Position numbers and translations under genes: made by a program | Source: Sedimentisphaerales bacterium | GTDB taxonomy: Bacteria; Planctomycetota; Phycisphaerae; Sedimentisphaerales; SM23-30 | Direction: 5' to 3' | Length of the DNA stretch: 64,000 nucleotides | Assembly: GCA_963663805.2 (NCBI GenBank) | Contig: CAXXMR010000008.1 | Coordinates: 192,001-256,000, forward strand | The notes under the pieces: generated by a model | Told to the model about the DNA's origin: nothing | What the model saw: only the letters and a program-made list of their open reading frames with translations | Databases searched by the model: none | Shown here: positions 55,204 to 63,252 of the stretch, in pieces | Position numbering within the stretch: position 1 is the first letter of the stretch | Layout of the letters: each line of letters starts with the position of its first letter

Positions 55204-55786
55204 TAGTGTTCGAACTTTGATAGATTGTAATTCTGATACTGTTAGTAGCTACACTTATGATTCATTTGGTAATAGGTTTGAAGCAGAAACCTATGAAAAT
55301 CCCACAGTAGAAAACCCCTATCAGTTCGCCGGCTACCGCTGGGACCAGGACGCCGAAATGTTCTACTGCAACGCCCGCTGGTACAACCCAGAAATCTACC
55401 GCTTCACCGGTCGTGATCCGGTAAGAGGTAAGTATAAGGAGCCGTTGACACTTCATGCTTATTTGTATTGCGTGAACGACCCAATAAATAACAAAGACAC
55501 AAATGGGAAATGCTTTTTTACCATAGCGGGTTTTTTAGCTGGTTCCGCTATTCGGTTGTATTTGCAAGGAGAAGATAATGCTAGGGTTGGAGCTACTGTA
55601 ACTGTCGCCTTGTCATTTATTGGTGTAATCATGGACTATTACCTATTTTGGCCAAAAGTACAGTCTGTTGTTGATAGGTTTGGTGGTAAGCAGACGCAAA
55701 TACCAACAGAGAAAGGTATCAATAAAATGGATGAAAATGAAATTATAGATAAATTTATTGAAAACCAACAAAAAAACTCGGGATAA
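55204..55786 (+). pseudogene. RHS repeat-associated core plus C-terminal toxin region, 5'-truncated at the IS66 end
   Basis: Frame open from the IS end: SVRTLID...YTYDSFGN, NPYQFAG, ARWYNP..RFTGRDP, YLYCVNDPINNKDTNG, then about 90 aa variable tail. Confidence 0.88.
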
Positions 55787-55811
55787 ATAATCAAATATTA
55801 AGGGATGTAAT

Positions 55812-56048
55812 ATGAGAAAAAAACACACGATAAAACCTATATTATGGTCACTAACGATTATAGTGTTTGTCTGGCTTGCAATTATTACAGGCAAGATGCG
55901 GGACTAGCCTATCTTCGGAATTGTTTTATTATTTCTTTCTTTTGTTCTTCATAGTTTTTTATTAGATATTCACTATACGAGCATCAAAAAACAATATGGT
56001 AAAATCGAAGAACATTTAAGATACTTAAGTAAAAAAGAAGGTAGCTGA
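55812..56048 (+). pseudogene. Small two-TM protein with in-frame TAG at 55905; immunity candidate
   Basis: MRKKHTIKPILWSLTIIVFVWLAIITGKMRD*PIFGIVLLFLSFVLHSFLLDIHYTSIKKQYGKIEEHLRYLSKKEGS directly after the RHS tail. Confidence 0.5.
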
Positions 56049-56122
56049 ATTGAAGTGGTCAAAAGTGAACTCTATGAAAATTTTAATCTTGTGTTTATGA
56101 AAAAAAACATTACATTATTTTT

Positions 56123-56338
56123 ATGGCACTTGCTTTTTTTTACGGAGCGGTGGTTTTGGGTTGGTCAGTTTTCTCAGGCTATAGGAAGCAGTGGGTAGAA
56201 TTTGGTGTTGGCTTGTTTCTTTGTTCGATAGCAGTTTTTTTAATTATATCATTTGAGAACTACAGAAAAACAATGAAACAAATCTATAAGATAAACAATA
56301 AGCTTGACCAGCTTGTCGAAAAACAAGAAGCCAATTAG
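56123..56338 (+). CDS. Small two-TM protein; second immunity candidate (start may be 56097 across an A-run)
   Basis: Two hydrophobic segments plus charged helical tail, same layout as the upstream ORF. Confidence 0.55.
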   Translation: MALAFFYGAVVLGWSVFSGYRKQWVEFGVGLFLCSIAVFLIISFENYRKTMKQIYKINNKLDQLVEKQEAN

Positions 56339-56584
56339 CAACCATTACTGGGTTGTTTCTAAGCTAATCAAACATGGGTTGCAGTTGCAATCTCATTATT
56401 GTGAGAGCCTCTGCTAATCATCCCATAATGACCTTGGCATTTCACTGACGATTTCCTGAATTAGGGATTCCGTAGCGTTTTCTTTTTCGGCATCACTAAT
56501 TTCCTGGTTTACGTTAGGGTATGCCTGGTTTCTCAAAAAAGACTATTTTCCTGCTTAGGAAATTGCCAATATTCAGGAAAAACG

Positions 56585-58032
56585 CAATCCTGTTCGGCAC
56601 ATTTATTGCTTTAGGCTTTTGGCCTCCTGTATTTTTTTTAAAAAAACCCGAAATGTTAAGATAGGTAATTTGCGCTCGAGGGATATTTATGCTCTAATAG
56701 GAGGCATGAGTGCTAAGCGTCAGAAAATCAAGGAGCGGGACCTGCGTGGGTTCAAGTATTTCAAGTCCCTCTCGGCTCTGCTGAAAGGTCTTCACTCGGC
56801 GGGATGTGAGCGGGACCGGGCCGGCAATCGCACATTATTCATGGACCAGTATGTCAGTCTGCTGCTGTTATACATGTTCAATCCGATCTGCAGTTCCATC
56901 CGGTCTTTGCAGCAGGCCGGCGAGCTCAAAAAGGTACAGCGGCTGTTGGGTTGTTCGCGTGCTTCGCTGGGTTCGCTTTCGGAAGCATCCCGGGTTTTTG
57001 AGAGTTCTTTGTTAGAGCCGATAATCGCTCAACTCACTGAGCAGTTAGGGCCGATATCTCAGGACAAAAAACTGGAAGTCGGTCAGGTCATTACCCTGGT
57101 GGACGGCAGCAGTATTCAGGCTTTGCAAAAACTCACTCAGGCTGCCTGGGACACCGACAAACCCGGAATTAAAGCACACACTCAGTTTGATCTGGAAAAA
57201 TATGTGCCTCTGAAAATAAATATCAGTGAAGACAAGTCTGATGAGCGAAAGGTTTTTTTAGAGAATCTTCAGCCCGGCCGGATTTATGTCAATGATCGCG
57301 GATATGCCTGTTTTAAGCTGTTTCAGGCCATTGTGGATAGTAAAAGCTCTTTTGTCTGTCGGCTGCGTGAGGATACGGTTTACGAAACTATTCAGGAAAA
57401 ACCTTTAACTGAAGATGCTCGAAAAGCGGGGATAATTTTTGATCGTACGGTAATCGCCGGCAGCAGTGAAAAACTGCGGGAAGATTTCAAACAACCGTTA
57501 CGCCTGATAGCGGTTGAATGTCAACCGCATTTGAAACGGGGCCAGGGACCACGTCAGAGTGAGATGATTTTGATTGCCACCGACCGGCTGGACCTGGACG
57601 CCGAAGTCATTGCCCTGCTCTATCAGAAACGCTGGGCCATCGAAATATTTTTCCGCTTTTTTAAGCATGTGCTGGGCTGCCGACATCTGCTAAGCCTCTG
57701 CGAAAACGGTATCGAACTACAGATGTACGCCGCGATTATCGCCTGTATGCTGATCAGCCTGTGGACGGGCAAAAAACCAACTTTAAGAACCTACGAAATG
57801 CTCTGCTGGCACCTCTGCGGCATGGCCGACGAGCAAGAAATGCAGAACCATATCAATAAACTCCAAAGCCAAAACTAAGGCCGATCCTCAAAAAAATCGC
57901 CGCTGCCGCTGATGCTGCGCCAAAATAACCAGTGCCGACAGTCCCACTGAGGGATAATCCCCGCTAAATCATATGAACTGCAAAGACCACAGAAAAACTG
58001 TATTTGAGCAATAAATGTGCCGAACAGGATTG
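56585..58032 (+). mobile_element. IS4 family insertion sequence (1448 bp) with 9-bp target duplication
   Basis: TIR CAATCCTGTTCGGCACATTT at both ends; flanking direct repeats GGAAAAACG at 56576-56584 and 58033-58041. Confidence 0.96.
56706..57878 (+). CDS. IS4 family DDE transposase
   Basis: SD GGAGG; LVDGS, VNDRGY, YQKRWAIEIFFRFFK (YREK motif). Confidence 0.95.
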   Translation: MSAKRQKIKERDLRGFKYFKSLSALLKGLHSAGCERDRAGNRTLFMDQYVSLLLLYMFNPICSSIRSLQQAGELKKVQRLLGCSRASLGSLSEASRVFESSLLEPIIAQLTEQLGPISQDKKLEVGQVITLVDGSSIQALQKLTQAAWDTDKPGIKAHTQFDLEKYVPLKINISEDKSDERKVFLENLQPGRIYVNDRGYACFKLFQAIVDSKSSFVCRLREDTVYETIQEKPLTEDARKAGIIFDRTVIAGSSEKLREDFKQPLRLIAVECQPHLKRGQGPRQSEMILIATDRLDLDAEVIALLYQKRWAIEIFFRFFKHVLGCRHLLSLCENGIELQMYAAIIACMLISLWTGKKPTLRTYEMLCWHLCGMADEQEMQNHINKLQSQN

Positions 58033-58121
58033 GGAAAAACGGGTATTTCAGTGCTTTTTTATTTAACGTCCTGCCAAATATGGACTAATGCTAATTATTG
58101 GCAATTCTGAAGTTTTCATAA

Positions 58122-58205
58122 ACGTGTCGATAAAATTAAGAAATGTAAATATATTTGGTTGATATGTCGATGGTATCGACATATAGTAAGGACGTGTCGA
58201 TAAAA
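58122..58205. promoter_or_regulatory. Operator-like TGTCGAT array upstream of the fic gene
   Basis: ACGTGTCGATAAAA at 58122 and 58192; palindrome ATATGTCGAT-GGT-ATCGACATAT at 58162-58184. Confidence 0.6.
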
Positions 58206-58239
58206 GCAGATTATTTAAACATATCCCAAGGATGGTATT

Positions 58240-59349
58240 ATGGCTTTTAATCCTGAACAACCTTATAATGACCTGCCTTTGCTTCCCCCTGATGTAGATT
58301 TTGAATCTGCTGAGATCCTGAAGAAGTGCATTTCTGCCAGGGTGGCGGTGGCGGAACTCAAGCAGGCTGGACATTTGATTCCGAATCAGTCGGTGCTCAT
58401 CAATACTATCCCATTGTTGGAAGCTCAAATGAGTTCCGAGATTGAGAACATTGTCACAACCAGCGACAAACTTTTCCAATATGCTTCGATTGAAGATTCC
58501 AAGGCGGATTCGGCAACTAAAGAAACGTTGCGATACCGTCAGGCTCTGGCTCAGGGTTATTTGTCAATTAGAGAAAGACCAGTCTGCACAAACATTGCGA
58601 TAAAGATTTGTCAGACCATAAAAAATTCAGATGCCGGAATCCGGAAAGTACCTGGAACTACTTTGAAAAACCCTCAAACTGATAAAGTAGTTTATACTCC
58701 GCCTGAAGGAGAAAGTGTTATAAGAGATAAATTGGCAAACTGGGAACGATTTCTAAATGAGAATGTTGACGTTGATCCTTTGATTCGAATGGCTGTGATG
58801 CATTATCAGTTTGAAGCGATCCACCCCTTTATTGATGGTAACGGCAGAACGGGCAGGCTTTTGAATATTCTGTTTCTTATCCAGGAGAATCTGCTTGACA
58901 TTCCGATTCTTTACCTGAGCAGATATATTATTAACAACAAAAACGATTATTATTCCAATCTGCGGAAAGTAACCGAAAATGGGGATTGGCAGAATTGGAT
59001 TATTTATATGCTTGAAGCCGTTGAGCAAACTTCTCGATGGACTACCAGTAAAATATTCAGTGTACGTTCCTTGTTGAACCATACCTGTGAATATGTACGC
59101 GAATCAGTTCCGAAGATTTATTCCAGGGAATTAATTGAAACTCTCTTTAGCCAACCTTATTGCAGAATATCCAATGTTGTAGAAACAGGGATTGCTCAAA
59201 GACAAACGGCATCAACTTATTTAAAAAAACTTGCTGAGATTAATGTTCTCGAAGAACGGACGGTCGGCAGGGAACGTATTTATGTTCATCCGAAATTTCT
59301 AAATCTGCTGACCAAGGACGTAAATGAATTTGAACCATATAATCGATGA
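58240..59349 (+). CDS. fic: Fic family protein adenylyltransferase with N-terminal inhibitory helix and C-terminal HTH-like region
   Basis: HPFIDGNGRTGR catalytic motif; SSEIEN inhibitory motif. Confidence 0.95.
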   Translation: MAFNPEQPYNDLPLLPPDVDFESAEILKKCISARVAVAELKQAGHLIPNQSVLINTIPLLEAQMSSEIENIVTTSDKLFQYASIEDSKADSATKETLRYRQALAQGYLSIRERPVCTNIAIKICQTIKNSDAGIRKVPGTTLKNPQTDKVVYTPPEGESVIRDKLANWERFLNENVDVDPLIRMAVMHYQFEAIHPFIDGNGRTGRLLNILFLIQENLLDIPILYLSRYIINNKNDYYSNLRKVTENGDWQNWIIYMLEAVEQTSRWTTSKIFSVRSLLNHTCEYVRESVPKIYSRELIETLFSQPYCRISNVVETGIAQRQTASTYLKKLAEINVLEERTVGRERIYVHPKFLNLLTKDVNEFEPYNR

Positions 59350-59571
59350 CTTTCCGCCTTCAAAAACAAATTTACAAAGGCAGTGTCCACATTGTATCTA
59401 ATTGCTTACCTGCAAAAAAAGGTAAAAGCAGTATCCCTTACCTTGCTGCTCGCTGTTTTACTGTGAAAAAAATGTGAAAATCTACTCCGAGCTATGGTTT
59501 TTTATGGTATTTTCTGGGGTAGTTACCCCCTCTGGTGCTATTAAAAAGCGGGTTTGAGGGGTTGGGGCTCT

Positions 59572-59615
59572 GTTGTGGTCCTGGGGGTCGCGGGTTCGAG
59601 TCCCGTCTCCCACCC
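59572..59615 (+). other. 3' half of a tRNA-His(GUG): att core of an integrative element
   Basis: GTTGTGGTCCTGGGGGTCGCGGGTTCGAGTCCCGTCTCCCACCC has anticodon loop, T arm and acceptor 3' strand; no D arm or 5' acceptor strand upstream. Confidence 0.8.
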
Positions 59616-59806
59616 TTATTTAATCCCATGTATAGCAATAGCTTATATGGGTTTTTCTTTAGGCTGGGCCTGCCCAATTACCCTCAGATGTGAAAATTAC
59701 TGTGAAAATATCTGCTCACTTTTAATCCGGTAAATCCAGATTTGCATAGTGAAACCCTTTTTTGTAGTGTGTCTGTAAAGAGTGCTCAAATATAGGGTTG
59801 CGAAAG

Positions 59807-59890
59807 ATGGCATCATTAAAATACCACAAGGACGTAAAGAGATGGCGAGTTTTCTGGCATGTCACCTTGATAGAGGAATACGTAGATTAG
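59807..59890 (+). pseudogene. Possible N-terminal stub of a tyrosine integrase
   Basis: MASLKYHKDVKRWRVFWHVTL resembles integrase arm-binding N-termini; lies next to the att core. Confidence 0.35.
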
Positions 59891-60972
59891 ATTGACTTTT
59901 TGAATTTTACGTTGACGAGGATTTTTCGGCAGAAGTTTTGGTATTGCTGTTCGATTTCTTCGGGGTTGGTTGCGATGTAGGTTTGGAAGATAAGGTTTCC
60001 GGTTTCGGCGTTCCAGGCTCGGGTGGGGTTTTGGTTTCTGTTGACGGCCTGGCTGTGGAGGTGCTGGGGCAGGGGCCATCGGCCTGCGTAGGCATCTTCG
60101 AGTAGGGTTTGGAGTTTTGGTGCGTATCGGCCATACTGGTATTCGCGGAGGAATCTCATGAAGGCGTAGACCTGGGCGTAATATGCTTTTACGGTTTGCT
60201 GGTCGGGGTCTTCGCTGGCACGGGCGACGACGTGGCCGGCATCGAGGTTGATGAGGTCGGCCAAGGGTATCATGGTGTTTGTGGCGAGGGTTTGGCGGAG
60301 GCTGAAGAGTCTGGAGGCGTTACGCTGAGGGGTGAACTGGACTTTGCCGTTTTGAGTGTATGCTTCAAAGTTGGTGGCAAGTCCTTCGTCGAGCCAAGCG
60401 GGCAGGCGGTACTGAAAAATCTGGTCGGCGAACTGATGCCAGGCTTCGTGTACGAGAACGGAGAAGTCGGCCAGGCGGGCGAGGTGGTAGGCGACGCAGG
60501 CGCCTCTGTAGTAATAGGCTCCGGCTTTTATTTTTAGATAGATGTCGGATTGGGGGCCTGTCCAGTAGGTGGTAAAATCTTCCCACTGGGCGCGGGTTTC
60601 AAAAAAGTAGACGACGAGTCTTTTGTCGGTTTGGAGTTTTTGTGAGACGGTTTGGGCGTAGGCATTAAAGGCGGATTCGAGGAAGACGGGTATTTGGCGG
60701 AGAATAAGAGCGTCCTGCAGGGTGGTGTAGATGTCGTAATGGGCGGTCTGGACGAGGTGAGCGGGGGTTGACTTGTCGGTAATAAAATCGGGGACGGCCC
60801 AGGGTTTGACGGCTTTGACGGTGGGCAGGCGGAGGAGGTAAGTGTCGAGGCCGTTCTGGAAAGAGTGGTTATTGTTGCAGGGGGGGTGGGAGCAGCCGAG
60901 GCAAGTTAATATTATGATAAGCAGGGATAAGGATGCGATTTTATGGGAGGCGATGAAGTAGTGGCTTGGCAT
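59887..60972 (-). CDS. Lipoprotein with zincin-like HExxH (DUF1570/peptidase MA-like)
   Basis: Lipobox CLGC; LVHEAWHQ, PAWLDEGLATNFE, YYAQVYAFMRFL. Confidence 0.75.
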   Translation of the reverse strand: MPSHYFIASHKIASLSLLIIILTCLGCSHPPCNNNHSFQNGLDTYLLRLPTVKAVKPWAVPDFITDKSTPAHLVQTAHYDIYTTLQDALILRQIPVFLESAFNAYAQTVSQKLQTDKRLVVYFFETRAQWEDFTTYWTGPQSDIYLKIKAGAYYYRGACVAYHLARLADFSVLVHEAWHQFADQIFQYRLPAWLDEGLATNFEAYTQNGKVQFTPQRNASRLFSLRQTLATNTMIPLADLINLDAGHVVARASEDPDQQTVKAYYAQVYAFMRFLREYQYGRYAPKLQTLLEDAYAGRWPLPQHLHSQAVNRNQNPTRAWNAETGNLIFQTYIATNPEEIEQQYQNFCRKILVNVKFKKSI

Positions 60973-60984
60973 ATTATGTCCCTA

Positions 60985-62127
60985 TTATTTCTTTTCGGCG
61001 GCTGAGGTTATATCTATCATACGCTGGAGGGCGAGCCGGGCGGGATGTTTGATATTATTGGGGACATCTATGGTGTTTGGCAGGGGGTTTTCGTTGGGGT
61101 TGTCGAGGTGGGTGGCGAGTGAGTCGAGCAGCCAGGCTAGATGACGGGGGTCTATGCGATACATGGTTTCGCAGAGGCAGGGAGTGTTGCTGAGTGAGCG
61201 GACTTTGATGTTTTGTTTTTTCATTTTTTCGGCGAGGCGATTGACGAGGTTGATTTCGGTGCCGACGGCCCAGGTACTGCTGGCGGGAGCATTGGTGATG
61301 GTTTTAATGATGAGGGCGGTGCTGCCGATGTAATCGGCTTTTTGGGCGACTTCGAAGGGGCATTCGGGGTGGACAATTATATTTACGGCGGGGTCATCTT
61401 TACGGGCTTTTTCGATTTGTTGGGTGGTGAATTCCTGGTGTACGGAGCAGAATCCTTTCCAGAGGATGACGCGTGCGTGGGTGATTTGTGAGGAATTAAG
61501 ACCGCCATTTTTCTGATAGGGGTCCCAGATGGGCATTTGTTCGAGGGGTACGCCCATATTGAAGGCTGTGTTGCGTCCTAGATGCTGGTCGGGGAGGAAA
61601 AGTATTAGGGCTTGGGGGTTGTGGTCCCAGATGTGTTCGAAGATGGGTCGGCAGTTACTGCTGGTTACGCAGATACCGTTTTTTTGGCCGCAAAAGGCTT
61701 TAATTGCGGCTGTGCTGTTGACGTAAGTGGCTGGGACGAGGTTGTTTGGATGATCCATCTGGGATTTTAGGGCGTCCCAACAGGTTGTTACCTGGTCGAT
61801 TTCGGCCATATCGGCCATTGAACAGCCGGCAGTAAGGTCGGGCAGGATGACTTTTTGATGGTCGGCGGTAAGGATGTCGGCGGATTCGGCCATGAAATGT
61901 ACTCCGCAGAATACTATAAACTCGGCTTTTTGCTGTCGGGCGGCGATTTTGCTGAGTTCGAGGCTGTCTCCGGCGTGGTGAGCGTGTTTTACGACGTTGT
62001 CACGTTGGTAGTGATGGCCTAGAATTACCATGCGTTCGGCGAGTCGGTCTTTAACAGCACTGATAATCTGGTCGGCCTGAATATCGGTAAGTTCTTGGTA
62101 TTTTTGAGGTAACGGTGGCTGATACAT
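60985..62127 (-). CDS. nadA: Quinolinate synthase
   Basis: ILGHHYQ, GDSLEL, FCGVHFMAESA, AGCSMADM, YVNS, GFCSVH, VHPEC, CETM. Confidence 0.97.
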   Translation of the reverse strand: MYQPPLPQKYQELTDIQADQIISAVKDRLAERMVILGHHYQRDNVVKHAHHAGDSLELSKIAARQQKAEFIVFCGVHFMAESADILTADHQKVILPDLTAGCSMADMAEIDQVTTCWDALKSQMDHPNNLVPATYVNSTAAIKAFCGQKNGICVTSSNCRPIFEHIWDHNPQALILFLPDQHLGRNTAFNMGVPLEQMPIWDPYQKNGGLNSSQITHARVILWKGFCSVHQEFTTQQIEKARKDDPAVNIIVHPECPFEVAQKADYIGSTALIIKTITNAPASSTWAVGTEINLVNRLAEKMKKQNIKVRSLSNTPCLCETMYRIDPRHLAWLLDSLATHLDNPNENPLPNTIDVPNNIKHPARLALQRMIDITSAAEKK

Positions 62128-62413
62128 GGTTAAATTTTAAATCCTAAGCACTAAGTTCTAAATCCTAAACAATTTAAACTCAAAAAATAAAACTATAAAC
62201 AACGTCAACGACGAGGTTTGGCCTTCGGCGGGGTTGTTTAATCATCCGGTCGCTTGCGCGGTTCGGCTTTTGCGTTGTTAATTTTTGTGCTTTCTTATGT
62301 TACGGGGATTAAGTTGCTAAGTCAATAGATGGCGGTTTCAGAGTTTTTAGGGGGATTATTATAGGCCCTAACGGGTTTTTAATGGAAATTTAGGAAAAAT
62401 TTAGAAAAGGGGG

Positions 62414-62582
62414 TTGACGAAAAATCAAGAGTGGCTATTATTCTCAAACCGCCAGCGAAAGCGGCGGCGAGAATCCGGGAAACCGGCAGAGCAGTCCTGA
62501 TAAGGGTTGTTTGGGTCGACGAAAAAAAGTTTTAGAAAAAACATTTTTTTCTGTTGACGCCTCAGAATGGGTGAGTTAAAGT
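62414..62582 (+). promoter_or_regulatory. Tandem rrn-like sigma70 promoters
   Basis: TTGACG-16-TATTAT (62414-62441) and TTGACG-17-TAAAGT (62554-62582), each with an A/T-tract upstream. Confidence 0.7.
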
Positions 62583-62683
62583 AATTGGCTCACCACAGCG
62601 GTGTCCGGGAAATTGAAACCCTGGGTTGCTGTGACGAAGATCGCCGGGCTGAGTCCTGGCGAGCCAGAAGCGGAAAGCTTCAA

Positions 62684-62756
62684 GGGCTCATAGCTCAGCT
62701 GGTAGAGCACGCCGCTGATAACGGCGAGGTCGATGGTTCAAGTCCATCTGGGCCCA
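62684..62756 (+). tRNA. tRNA-Ile (GAU)
   Basis: GGGCTCATAGCTCAGCTGGTAGAGC...CTGATAA...GGTTCAAGTCC..TGGGCCCA. Confidence 0.97.
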
Positions 62757-62815
62757 GTATTTTGGGTTGCCGTTTTAATGGTGACTTGAGAGAGCTGGAC
62801 AGAAAGGACGCCGGA

Positions 62816-62938
62816 ATGATAGAGCCGAGCATGTTGGCAATGAGCGGGAAAGTGCTTATTCGCTTTATGGGCTTTATAGTTTTGGGCGTAGCGATTCTGG
62901 CCTGGTTCATTGGCTGGGCGAAGGATAAGCTTCGCTAA
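62816..62938 (+). CDS. 40-aa single-TM small protein inside the rRNA operon spacer
   Basis: SD AAAGGA; MIEPSMLAMSGKVLIRFMGFIVLGVAILAWFIGWAKDKLR. Confidence 0.45.
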   Translation: MIEPSMLAMSGKVLIRFMGFIVLGVAILAWFIGWAKDKLR

Positions 62939-62958
62939 GAAGCTAACCGAGATAACTC

Positions 62959-63031
62959 GGGGCCGTAGCTCAGCTGGGAGAGCGCCTGGTTTGCAACCAG
63001 GAAGTCGTCGGTTCGATCCCGATCGGCTCCA
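62959..63031 (+). tRNA. tRNA-Ala (UGC)
   Basis: GGGGCCGTAGCTCAGCTGGGAGAGC...TTTGCAA...GGTTCGATCCC..TCGGCTCCA. Confidence 0.97.
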
Positions 63032-63118
63032 TTGGCTTTAGAGTCGGGACCGGTAACCTTGTTATGAGGTTTTCAGTCCGGGTTTTAAAGCCCGAGCGTT
63101 GGAACATTGGTTCTGACA

Positions 63119-63132
63119 GGCTCTTTGACAAT
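63119..63132 (+). promoter_or_regulatory. BoxA-like antitermination element
   Basis: GGCTCTTTGACAAT upstream of 23S. Confidence 0.6.
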
Positions 63133-63252
63133 TGAATAGTGAGGTTTAGTGGTAATCTCGAAAACTACTATAACCGAATCTGACTAAAAAGTTAGGTTTT
63201 GTAAATGAATCTTTACTCAACGGTCTTGACGATATCAGACAAAAAATGATGT

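Noticed and set aside
55204..55786. RHS toxin as a substrate of the T7SS-like operon
   Set aside because: It lies 12 kb away and its N-terminus is missing, so no WXG/LXG targeting domain can be assessed.
55905..55907. Stop-codon recoding (pyrrolysine) at the in-frame TAG
   Set aside because: TAG ends many normal genes here and no pyl machinery is seen. A nonsense change or base error in a decaying region is simpler.
52711..59464. 13-bp direct repeat GCTGTTTTACTGT as island boundaries
   Set aside because: Several 13-mer matches are expected by chance in 64 kb, and the left copy overlaps the IS66 end.
59540..59615. Complete tRNA gene
   Set aside because: No D arm or 5' acceptor strand is present; only the 3' half exists.
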